DNA from: Candidatus Cloacimonadales bacterium
Lineage (GTDB): Bacteria; Cloacimonadota; Cloacimonadia; Cloacimonadales; JAFGVF01
Assembly: GCA_963663475.2 (NCBI GenBank)
Contig: CAXXJV010000001.1
Span: 32,001 to 96,000 of the forward strand
Direction: 5' to 3'
DNA: 64,000 bases
Part shown: positions 1 to 9,135 of the stretch, one piece after another
Layout of the letters: every line of letters starts with the position of its first letter
Position numbering within the stretch: the first letter of the stretch is position 1
Notes under the pieces: generated by a model
What the model saw: only the letters and a program-made list of their open reading frames with translations
The model's database searches: none
Told to the model about the DNA's origin: nothing
Made by a program: the position numbers and the translations under genes

Positions 1-28
1 AAATGGCACGACTGATGCCGTGCCATTT
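1..28 (-). terminator. Hairpin, probable intrinsic terminator downstream of the 2038-aa gene
   Basis: AAATGGCACG-N8-CGTGCCATTT perfect 10-bp inverted repeat ~75 bp past the stop; any U-tract is cut by the window edge. Confidence 0.5.
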
Positions 29-104
29 TGATATATTTTATCATTTTCCCATGGCTTAGAAAACCCTTAAAATGGAATCCTAAAGTTCATGGGGTCATAT
101 GATA

Positions 105-3100
105 CTATTTCATTAAGATCATCTTCTTAGTTGATGAATATGAGCCACTAGACATTCTATAGAAATAAACACCTGAAGCTACACTTGAATTATTTTCATC
201 TCTACCATTCCAAACAACATTATGTTGTCCTTTATCTTGATGTTCATTAACTAAGCTTCTAACTTTTTGGCCTTTTAAGTTATAGATATCAAGAGTAACC
301 TGACCAGCTTCTCTTAAGTTATAAGAGATAGAAGTTTCAGGATTAAATGGATTTGGATAGTTTCCAACTAATTCGGTAGTAGCCAAGTTAACATCATTAT
401 TATTATCAGTACCATTTGGTGCTGTTACTTTGAAGTTATCTAGCATAAATATGAAGGCATCATTTGATACACATTGGACAGCAAGTCTGATTGTTTGTCC
501 TGCATAAGCATCAAGGTTGTAGTTATATTCAGTCCATGTAGTTGGAGCTTGAATATAATCATCACCAGAGATAGCAGTGAAGTCTTCTATATTTGTTGAA
601 CCAGTTGAAACTAAGACATTGAATCTTTCTAAGCCATATTGATCAGTAATTGATTTAGCAGTGAAAGAAACATTAGCTTCTTGGTCTATAGTGAAAGTTG
701 GAGTAATCATCCAATCATCATTAGCAGGAGTAACAGAAGCGAAAGCTGCAGCATATTTAGCACCATCATAAGCACTGTAAACCTCGTCAGTTAGAGGAGG
801 AGTAGTCATAGATGGATTGAATACGATATAAGCTTGAGGAGCTTCAGCATTTTCCCAGCTAGTATTATTAATTGAATAGGTTCCTGACATATCATTATCT
901 ACAATAGTCCATGCCCCGAATTCAAGAGAGAAATCAGGATATGTTTCAAAACCATCATTGATAAGAATAGCATCAGGATCACCAACGGTAACAGAAGCTG
1001 TATTGGAAGGAGCAGACTCAACTTCACCATACATAGCAGTTACATAATAAGTATAGACACCATCTTCAGTAACTGGGTCCATGTATTCAATTTCATTCAC
1101 TTCAGCAATCATGACTTCATTACGATAAACTTTCCAGCTATCAGGATTTCTTAGTTCAATAGTTCTAAGATCAGAGTTGACTGTAACTATTTGACCAGCG
1201 TCATCTGTATAAACTTTGCTGAGAAGTTGGGCAACAACAGTATCCCAGTTAAGCATAACACCACCCTCAACTAGAGTAGCAGTTAAGTTTTCTGGAGGAT
1301 TTACACCATCAAATAGGAGGTCTGCATCATTTCTTGCAGTAATATAATCTCCGTCATTACGGGCATTTGGTATTGCTACAATATGGCCTGTTTCAATAGG
1401 AATATCAGAACCAATATAATCAACATCATAGAATGTAGTTCTGAAATTAAAGTTATCAGTACCATCAGTAATAGTGTAGTTTTGACCATTAGCAAAGGCT
1501 CCAGCATCACTAAACATAACATTGTTCAATTTAACAAGTCTTCCTTCATAAGTATCAAAATCTGTTACTAGATCATTGATAGTTACGATAAGAGGATTGA
1601 CTACATTACCTGTAGAATTAGGTGTAGGTCCAGCTTGAGAAGGAGTAAACTGAAGCATATTGCCATATTCAGTAAGAGAACCTTGCAGACCAGTCACAGC
1701 ATCGCCTGCATTATAAACAATATCAAGGACATTATTATTATCATCAATGAGGATACCAGCAGTATCGTCTTGGATATATTTTTGATTTCTGAAGTCTTGA
1801 GTAAAAGTAACAATAACTTCAGATGTTAAGTTATAGATAGTTCCATTAGTAGAGCCAGCTCTTAATTCAGCAACAGAAGTAACATCAACGATAGTTAGAA
1901 TTGTATAGTTAGCAGTTGCTATATAAGAAGGATCCATACCGTCAGCATAAGCTCTAGCTTTCACAGTAGTAGTTTGGCTAATATCTATTGGTTCAGTATA
2001 TTGAGTAGATGTCATAGTTGGTTCAGAGCCATCTAAAGTATAGTAGATAGTAGCATTTTCTGTTTCAGAAGTAATAGATACGCTGATTGCAGTATCAAAA
2101 GTACCAGAAGCAGGATCAAATACAGGGGTAGAAGTATAATTACCAGGATTTCCACCAGTAAAGTCATGAGAACCGATAAAGCTAAATTCATCAATATCAT
2201 AGACTATCCATTCAGAATCATCAGCATTTGTACCAGCAGAAGTAGCCCAATCAGTATTTCCCACAACAACAGTTGGTTTTCTGATTAAGGTATGGTTAAG
2301 AGTTGCTTCAGTAACACCTGCGACATCCCAAGCAGTACCTGGATCAACTTGATAAACACCAACAGCATCAATAAGAACATCATTTAAGAAGAGTCCTATT
2401 GCATCGTCACCATTGAAGTAAGTAACAGCAGAAGTTGCATCAGATGCGTTTAAGATTGCAGGATCAGAAGCAGAGTTAGCAATAACAAATACATCACCAT
2501 TTTCTAGGTTTCCTTCAAGGTTCAATTCATTATTCCATTCACCACCATTAGAAGCTGATTTAACAACATAAGGAGTTAAATCAACAGTCATACCTGTGCC
2601 ATTAAAGATTTCAATAGCTTTATTATTTGAAGATCCTTCAAGATATTCAGAGATGAATAAATCTTCGGCATCACCGTTAGTTTGGCCGATATGAGCCATA
2701 ACAGAGTTAGAAGCTAGAGATTCTTCAGTACCATACATAGCTGTAAGGTAGTATGTATAATCGCCATCAGCTAAGTCTGCATCAGTATAGGTTAAGATAT
2801 TTGCAGCTAACTCAACTAGTAAGGCATCATCCTTATAGACTTTATAAGCAGTCAAGTTTGTAGCATCAGTTGGAGCTTGCCAAGTGAGGGTTACTGCATT
2901 TTCATTAACTTCATAAGTTAAGTTTTCTGGAGCAGGGTTTGTAACTGGACCGAAGTCGAAATCAGTTAAGAAACGTGAAGAAATATATTCACCATCAGTT
3001 CTTGAGTTTGGTAAGGCCACAATTGACCCTTGGCCAGCAGGAAGACCTGTTCCGATATAATCTTCATCATAGAAAGAAGTTCTGAAGTTATAAGTATTAG

Positions 3101-6100
3101 TTCCATCAGATAATTCATAGACTGAACCGTTAGCGAAATCACCAGTAGCAGTAAAGTGAACATCTTCAAGTACAACTAATCTAGCTTCATAAGTATCGAA
3201 GCTAGAAGTTAATTGAGGGATAGTAACAGTAACTACAGCTAAATCATTACCAGTAGAAGCTACTGAAGCAATATCTTGCACAGGAGTAAACTGTAACATT
3301 CCGCCATATTCACTAATAGTACCTTGTACGCCAGTAATTCCATCACCAGGATTTACTTGAGTAGCAATAATATCACTATTATCATCAATTAAGATACCAG
3401 CAGTAGCATCTTGAATATATATTTGATTTCTAAAAGATTGAGTATAAGAAACAAAGACTTCTGAAGTAACATTATAGATTGTTCCATCAGTATTTCCAGC
3501 TCTTAATTCAGCTATAGTAGCAACATTTTGAACTGTAAGAATAGTATAGTCACCTGTTGCTACAAAAGAAGGATCTAAGTCAAGAGCATAAGCAATAGCT
3601 TTGATAGTAGTTGATTCATTAACACTGATAGGTCCTGTGTACATAGTTGAAGCATCTGTTGGTTCACTTCCATCAAGAGTATAGTAGATAGAAGCATTAG
3701 GTGTTTCACTAGTAAGACTTACATTAATAGGATCATCATAAGAGCCTGGTGCTGGATCGAAAGTAGGCATTGCAACCATATCACCAGCAGAACCAGCAAA
3801 GTCATGATAGCCAATATATGAGAAATCATCGATATCATAGACTAGCCATTGAGAATCAGCCATACTTGTACCAGCAGCAGCAGTCCAATCACTTGTGCCT
3901 ACAGCAACGTCAGGTTTTCTAACAAGGGTATGGTTTTGAGTTGCACCAGTAACACCAGCAACATCCCAAGCTGTTCCTGGATCACTTTGGTAAGTACCAA
4001 TGACATCAATAAGAACATCGTTTAAGAAGAGTCCTATGGCATCATCACCATTATACCAGGTAACATTACTAGTTACATCAGCAATATCTAAGATTGCAGG
4101 AACTGCAGCATCATTAGCAATAATGAAAACATCATTATGTTCTAAAGTACCTTGTAAATCAACTTCATTACTCCAATCATTACCATTAGAACCTAATTTT
4201 ACAACATAAGGAGTTAAATCTACAGCTTGACCTGTACCGTTAAAGATTTCAATACCTTTGTTGTTAGAGGAACCTTCGATATACTCAGAGAAGAATAAAT
4301 CTTCTGCAAAATCAGGAGGAGGAGGTGTATGGCCATCAACAGATCCTGAATAAAGGATTTGGTTTTTACCAACTGCTACAACATTGTTATCCCAACCAGT
4401 AATATCCATGATTCTTACAGGGTTAAATTGAGTTTCAGGTAAATCAATCTCAGTCCAAGTTGCTCCATTATCAATAGATTGCATCAAGGCCCATGTAGTA
4501 CCAAGATTTGAAGCATCAGCACTGTAACCACCAACGACTAAAGTTCCGTTATCAGCTTCGTAAATTCTATTGAGGTCATCACCAGCAGATTGACTAGCAA
4601 GTGTCCAATCACCAGCAGTTAAACCACCATTACTAGTGTAATAAATATCACCATCATCATTGATAGCGACACCATGGTCAGCATCTTGGAAGTAGATATC
4701 ATTAATATCACCAGAACCAAGTGTGATTGAAGTAAAGTCATTTCCATTACTTGTTCTATAGATTACGCCGTTCTTAGCACCTAAGACAATATTATTTTCA
4801 TCAAAAGCATGAGCAGCATAAATGTTATCATTACCAGTAATACCAGTTAATGAAAGAGTAGTCCAATCTGCCCCACCATTAGTAGTTTTAGCAGCAACAG
4901 AAGCATAACCAAAAGTCCAACCTATTTGATCATTCAAGAATTCAAAGGTATATAAAGATTTAGTTGAAGAAATACCAGGTACTTGATGACCAGTCCAAGT
5001 ATCACCACCATCAGTAGTTCTATAAACTACACCAGAAGTTTTACCAGTAACTAAACCTTCATCCATAGTAAAGAAATGAGAATCATATAAAAGGCTGATA
5101 TCATTGTTATTATATGGTTCAATATAAATTTTATCATAAGTAGAACCACCATTAGTAGTTTTAAAGATAGTTCCTTTATCTCCCACAAGATACCAGTTAT
5201 TTTGATCAATAAGAGAGACACTATAATTATCTACAGAAGAAACAGTCTTTTCAACCCAAGTGCTACCATCAGATGATTTAGCAACAGTTCCGTACCAACC
5301 AGCAAGCATAGCATTGCCATTAGCATCATAGGTAATATCTTGAGAGTAGTAGTTCCAGTCATTTTCAACAACTTGAACATTGACCCAAGAATCAGTAGTT
5401 TTTACAACAACACCATTCCAACCAACAGCATAACCTTCAGCGCCGTTCATAGTAACACCAGTTAAACGAGAGCCACTAAGGTCTGTGTGATGAGTCCAGT
5501 TTACACCATTATCATTACTGTATGAAATTGATCCATCATCACCAACTACAACAACTAAGTTACCATATTGTTCAACAGCAAAATTAGTTAATTCATTAGG
5601 AGTTCCTAGAGGAAGGAGTTCCCAGTTTTGTCCATAGTTGGTAGTTTTATATAGTTTAGCTTGGTCTGGAGAGCCATTATTACAAGCTACAAAGCCAGTT
5701 CCAGAGCTATTCATTGACATTTTATAGAGACTATCAGTACCAGGAGTATTTTGAAGTACCCATGTTTGGCCATGGTCTTCAGAGTAAGCTATCTTACCAT
5801 TAGCACCAGAAACCCAGATTTTTCCATCAGGATGATAGACAATACCTTCAGCATCATCAGTACCAAAAAGAGCATCTACACCAGGAGCTTGAGTCCAGTT
5901 TTGTCCTCCATCAGATGAGAGAAGAATCATACCATCTTCAGAAGCAATTGCTACATGATTTTCATCAGCAAATGACACATCATTAGCATCATTATAAACA
6001 CCAGACGCAGCATTAAAGGTAGGAGTCATAACAAAGGTAAAAGTTTCACCGTTATCTGTGGAAAGTCCTACACCCCCACTTCCTCCACCAATTACAACAT

Positions 6101-6221
6101 TGTTTCCAGCACGATCGATAGAGTATAAGTTCACTGGGAACTGAGCTTGTCTATCTAACTGCCAGGAGAATAAGGAGACTACAATAGTTAATATTGAAAT
6201 CACACTAATTAATCGTTTCAT
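105..6221 (-). CDS. Large secreted multidomain protein: BNR/YCF48-like beta-propellers, 2x[lamin-tail domain + CHB_HEX_C/FN3-associated + OB-like folds + FN3], cleaved-adhesin-like domain, C-terminal FlgD-Ig/T9SS-type sorting domain
   Basis: Signal peptide; many S/T-x-D/N-G-G-x-x-W BNR motifs; two 'DLF.SEY.EGSSNNK.IEIFNGTG' LTD starts; two 'IYYTLDGSEPT' motifs; 'DDWMITP' adhesin motif; 'NYPNPFNPETSISY...IYNLKGQKV...SGVYFYRM' CTD; GGAGG RBS. Confidence 0.85.
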   Translation of the reverse strand: MKRLISVISILTIVVSLFSWQLDRQAQFPVNLYSIDRAGNNVVIGGGSGGVGLSTDNGETFTFVMTPTFNAASGVYNDANDVSFADENHVAIASEDGMILLSSDGGQNWTQAPGVDALFGTDDAEGIVYHPDGKIWVSGANGKIAYSEDHGQTWVLQNTPGTDSLYKMSMNSSGTGFVACNNGSPDQAKLYKTTNYGQNWELLPLGTPNELTNFAVEQYGNLVVVVGDDGSISYSNDNGVNWTHHTDLSGSRLTGVTMNGAEGYAVGWNGVVVKTTDSWVNVQVVENDWNYYSQDITYDANGNAMLAGWYGTVAKSSDGSTWVEKTVSSVDNYSVSLIDQNNWYLVGDKGTIFKTTNGGSTYDKIYIEPYNNNDISLLYDSHFFTMDEGLVTGKTSGVVYRTTDGGDTWTGHQVPGISSTKSLYTFEFLNDQIGWTFGYASVAAKTTNGGADWTTLSLTGITGNDNIYAAHAFDENNIVLGAKNGVIYRTSNGNDFTSITLGSGDINDIYFQDADHGVAINDDGDIYYTSNGGLTAGDWTLASQSAGDDLNRIYEADNGTLVVGGYSADASNLGTTWALMQSIDNGATWTEIDLPETQFNPVRIMDITGWDNNVVAVGKNQILYSGSVDGHTPPPPDFAEDLFFSEYIEGSSNNKGIEIFNGTGQAVDLTPYVVKLGSNGNDWSNEVDLQGTLEHNDVFIIANDAAVPAILDIADVTSNVTWYNGDDAIGLFLNDVLIDVIGTYQSDPGTAWDVAGVTGATQNHTLVRKPDVAVGTSDWTAAAGTSMADSQWLVYDIDDFSYIGYHDFAGSAGDMVAMPTFDPAPGSYDDPINVSLTSETPNASIYYTLDGSEPTDASTMYTGPISVNESTTIKAIAYALDLDPSFVATGDYTILTVQNVATIAELRAGNTDGTIYNVTSEVFVSYTQSFRNQIYIQDATAGILIDDNSDIIATQVNPGDGITGVQGTISEYGGMLQFTPVQDIASVASTGNDLAVVTVTIPQLTSSFDTYEARLVVLEDVHFTATGDFANGSVYELSDGTNTYNFRTSFYDEDYIGTGLPAGQGSIVALPNSRTDGEYISSRFLTDFDFGPVTNPAPENLTYEVNENAVTLTWQAPTDATNLTAYKVYKDDALLVELAANILTYTDADLADGDYTYYLTAMYGTEESLASNSVMAHIGQTNGDAEDLFISEYLEGSSNNKAIEIFNGTGMTVDLTPYVVKSASNGGEWNNELNLEGNLENGDVFVIANSASDPAILNASDATSAVTYFNGDDAIGLFLNDVLIDAVGVYQVDPGTAWDVAGVTEATLNHTLIRKPTVVVGNTDWATSAGTNADDSEWIVYDIDEFSFIGSHDFTGGNPGNYTSTPVFDPASGTFDTAISVSITSETENATIYYTLDGSEPTMTSTQYTEPIDISQTTTVKARAYADGMDPSYIATANYTILTIVDVTSVAELRAGSTNGTIYNLTSEVIVTFTQDFRNQKYIQDDTAGILIDDNNNVLDIVYNAGDAVTGLQGSLTEYGNMLQFTPSQAGPTPNSTGNVVNPLIVTINDLVTDFDTYEGRLVKLNNVMFSDAGAFANGQNYTITDGTDNFNFRTTFYDVDYIGSDIPIETGHIVAIPNARNDGDYITARNDADLLFDGVNPPENLTATLVEGGVMLNWDTVVAQLLSKVYTDDAGQIVTVNSDLRTIELRNPDSWKVYRNEVMIAEVNEIEYMDPVTEDGVYTYYVTAMYGEVESAPSNTASVTVGDPDAILINDGFETYPDFSLEFGAWTIVDNDMSGTYSINNTSWENAEAPQAYIVFNPSMTTPPLTDEVYSAYDGAKYAAAFASVTPANDDWMITPTFTIDQEANVSFTAKSITDQYGLERFNVLVSTGSTNIEDFTAISGDDYIQAPTTWTEYNYNLDAYAGQTIRLAVQCVSNDAFIFMLDNFKVTAPNGTDNNNDVNLATTELVGNYPNPFNPETSISYNLREAGQVTLDIYNLKGQKVRSLVNEHQDKGQHNVVWNGRDENNSSVASGVYFYRMSSGSYSSTKKMILMK

Positions 6222-6343
6222 AATTCCTCCAAATCGATTATTATCTCTAAGTACTAATATACTTGAATATCAATATTTTGGCAAGTAATTTTATATTAAG
6301 TAATATTTATAAAAAATGCAAGTACTTAGAAATATTCTTGTGT

Positions 6344-6374
6344 AAAAAAATTAAGAGGGAAGAATCCTTCCCTC
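6344..6374 (-). terminator. Intrinsic terminator after arcC
   Basis: GAGGGAAG-AATC-CTTCCCTC stem-loop with an A-tract on + (U-tract on -). Confidence 0.6.
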
Positions 6375-6386
6375 GTATGAAAAAAA

Positions 6387-7331
6387 TTAGCCTTGAATTA
6401 CTGTACCAGTCTTTCCTGCAAAGGCATCTACAATTCTTTCTATTGAAGTAATAATAACCTTTTTTCCACCATTCTTGATAAAAGAGATAGCAGCGAGAAT
6501 TTTAGGTCCCATTGAACCTTTAGGGAACTGACCTTGATCATAATAAGCTTGAGCTTGTTCTAAAGTTAGAGAATCTAATTCTTTTTGGTCAGCTTTACCA
6601 AAGTTGATAGCAACTTTATCTACACCAGTCAAAATAACTAAGAACTCAGCTCCGATTTTCTCGGCTAAGAGAGCAGAAGCAAAGTCTTTATCAATAACAG
6701 CATCAACACCATCTAAAGTGCCATTTTCTTCTCTAACCACGGGAATTCCACCGCCACCACAAGCAATAACAATTTGGTTATCTTCTACAAGTTGCTTGAT
6801 AGTATCAGCAGGGATTATTTCGATTGGTTTAGGAGATGGAACAACCTGTCTCCAGCCACGGCCTGCATCTTCAGTAATATGCCAGCCAAATTCAGCTTCT
6901 AGGGCTTTAGCTTCATCTTCATTATAGAAAGGTCCTACAGGTTTAGAAGGGTTCTGCATACTTGGGTCATCTTTAGATACTACAACTTGAGAGTTGATAG
7001 TAACGACCTTGTTAGTAATCTTTTCTTGAATGAGTTTATTTTGTAAGCTCTGTTCAATCATATAACCCATAGTTCCTTCAGTAGCAGCGACTAAAACACC
7101 TAAAGGAAGGGGTGCTACGCCTTTTTGGATACCAGCATTATGTTGGATTAACATATTGCCTACTTGGGGTCCGTTTCCATGTGAAATTGCTAATTGGTAG
7201 CCTTGTTTAATTAATTCAACAACACCACCTAAACTATCGCGAGTGTTTTTAAACTGTTCGCTTATTGTACCTTTTTGTCCAGCTTGGATAATAGCGTTTC
7301 CGCCTAAAGCTAATACTGCTTTCTTTGCCAT
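6387..7331 (-). CDS. arcC: Carbamate kinase
   Basis: ALGGNA, HGNGPQVG, PSKPVGPFY, GGGGIPV, VIDKD and GSMGPK motifs. Confidence 0.95.
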   Translation of the reverse strand: MAKKAVLALGGNAIIQAGQKGTISEQFKNTRDSLGGVVELIKQGYQLAISHGNGPQVGNMLIQHNAGIQKGVAPLPLGVLVAATEGTMGYMIEQSLQNKLIQEKITNKVVTINSQVVVSKDDPSMQNPSKPVGPFYNEDEAKALEAEFGWHITEDAGRGWRQVVPSPKPIEIIPADTIKQLVEDNQIVIACGGGGIPVVREENGTLDGVDAVIDKDFASALLAEKIGAEFLVILTGVDKVAINFGKADQKELDSLTLEQAQAYYDQGQFPKGSMGPKILAAISFIKNGGKKVIITSIERIVDAFAGKTGTVIQG

Positions 7332-7435
7332 TTATTCCTCCACCTTATAATTTTTTAATTTAGAAAAAACAAGGAGACTCACTTTGGTAAGTCTCCTATG
7401 TTCAATTTTTATTTTCTAAATCTTTTTGTCAATAT

Positions 7436-8755
7436 TTAGAAACCATTTTCTTCCAAAATCTCTTTAAGAGTTGGTTTACCTATCTCTTGAAGTTCATAAG
7501 TAACTCTTACAGAAGGCTTTTTAATATTAACAATTCTTCTTAAATCAATTGGAGTTCCAATAACAACAGCATCACATTCTACTGCATTGATGGTCTTTTC
7601 AAGGTCTTTAACTTGCTTTTCACCATAACCCATAGCAGGTAATAGGACACCTATATCTGGATATTTTTCAAAGGTTTCAGCAATTTCACCAACTGCCCAT
7701 GGGCGTGGGTCAACTGTATCAGCCACACCACATTTTTCAGCAGCAACCATACCTGCACCGTAAGTCATCTCACCATGAGTAAGGGTTGGTCCATCTTCTA
7801 CAACAAGGACATTTTTGCCTGCAATTATGGAAGGATCTTCAACAAATACAGGAGAAGCTGCTTCAATAATTTTGGCATTTGGATTTACAGCACGGCAGTT
7901 TTCTCTAACTTCGAAGACATCGTCAGCATCTGCTGAATCAATCTTATTAATGATTATTACATCAGCTAATCTCACATTTGTTTCACCTGGGTAATAGGTA
8001 ATTTCATGGCCAGGTCTATGTGGATCAACAACCACAATTTTGAGCTCTTTATCAGAGGTATAGAATGGTGTATCATTATTTCCACCATCCCAGAGGATTA
8101 TATCAGCCTCTTTTTCAGCCTCTCTAACAATTGCTTCATAGTCCACACCTGAGTAGATTATGCTACCCATAGCGATATGTGGTTCATATTCTTCCATCTC
8201 TTCAATTGTACATTCGTGTTTTACTAGATCATCTAAAGTTTCATAGCGTTGCACTTTTTGTTTAACTAGGTCGCCGTATGGCATAGGATGTCTTATAGAG
8301 ACAACCTTAAGACCTTTTTCTTTAAAATACCTTACAACAGCTCTGGTTGTTTGAGATTTTCCACAACCAGTACGAGCAGCACATATAGTAACTAATGGCT
8401 TGGTGGTTTTGATAGCGGTATTTTTTTGTCCCATCAACATGAAATCAGCACCAGCAGCATTAACAAGGGCTGCACTATGCATAACTCTTTCATGTGGAAG
8501 ATCGCTATAAGCTAAAACTACTAAGTCAATATTGTGTTCTTTTATTAAGCTCGGAAGCTTTGACTCCGGTAAGATGGGAATACCTTTAGGATAAAGAGAA
8601 CCAGCTAGTTCAGCAGGATATTTTTTATCGTCAATACCAGGGATTTGAGTAGCAGTAATTGCTACAATTTCGTATTGTTCATTATCTCTAAAGAAAGTAT
8701 TAAAGTTGTGGAAGTCTCTTCCAGCAGCACCCATGATTATTACCTTTTGTCTCAT
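7436..8755 (-). CDS. arcE: P-loop NTPase of the cyclic 2,3-diphosphoglycerate synthetase-like family; probable arginine synthetase
   Basis: GAAGRDFHNFN N-terminus, RTGCGKSQT P-loop, RHPMPYGDL, WDGGNND, EDGPTLTHG; immediately upstream of carbamate kinase. Confidence 0.7.
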   Translation of the reverse strand: MRQKVIIMGAAGRDFHNFNTFFRDNEQYEIVAITATQIPGIDDKKYPAELAGSLYPKGIPILPESKLPSLIKEHNIDLVVLAYSDLPHERVMHSAALVNAAGADFMLMGQKNTAIKTTKPLVTICAARTGCGKSQTTRAVVRYFKEKGLKVVSIRHPMPYGDLVKQKVQRYETLDDLVKHECTIEEMEEYEPHIAMGSIIYSGVDYEAIVREAEKEADIILWDGGNNDTPFYTSDKELKIVVVDPHRPGHEITYYPGETNVRLADVIIINKIDSADADDVFEVRENCRAVNPNAKIIEAASPVFVEDPSIIAGKNVLVVEDGPTLTHGEMTYGAGMVAAEKCGVADTVDPRPWAVGEIAETFEKYPDIGVLLPAMGYGEKQVKDLEKTINAVECDAVVIGTPIDLRRIVNIKKPSVRVTYELQEIGKPTLKEILEENGF

Positions 8756-9083
8756 GTTTTACACTCCTTTGACTAAATTTTGATTATTCAAATTTTACTT
8801 GAAATATTTGATTTGTCAAGGAAAAGCTAATTCTTCAATTGTATATTGATTATTTTAAACTTCAAAAGTAGCTAGAAGACTCTTATAATGCTAGTTCAGG
8901 AGATTATATCACATAAATATCTAAGAAAATTAAATTTATTTTTTATTGAAATAGCACTTATTATATGGTTTTTATTAGGTTTTTGAGGGAAGTAAAAGGA
9001 GGAATCTGGGTAAAATCTGCAAAGAATTACCCAACTATTGCTTCTTTGTCCTGTAATTTTGTGGAAAAAAAACTACAAAAAGA

Positions 9084-9110
9084 ACAGGAAGATCAGACTG
9101 ATCTTCCTGT
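9084..9110 (-). terminator. Terminator after rpsA
   Basis: ACAGGAAGATCAG-A-CTGATCTTCCTGT inverted repeat next to an A-rich run on +. Confidence 0.65.
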
Positions 9111-9135
9111 AATCTATTGCAAGTAAGATAAATAC

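Noticed and set aside
4-18. Sigma54-like TGGCACG-N-GC motif
   Set aside because: Lies in one arm and the loop of a hairpin downstream of a minus-strand gene and points antisense into it; better explained as a terminator
1900-4310. Diversity-generating retroelement TR/VR pair in the internal duplication of the 2038-aa gene
   Set aside because: Both copies are in-frame domains with differences at all base types, not adenine-specific; no reverse transcriptase in the window
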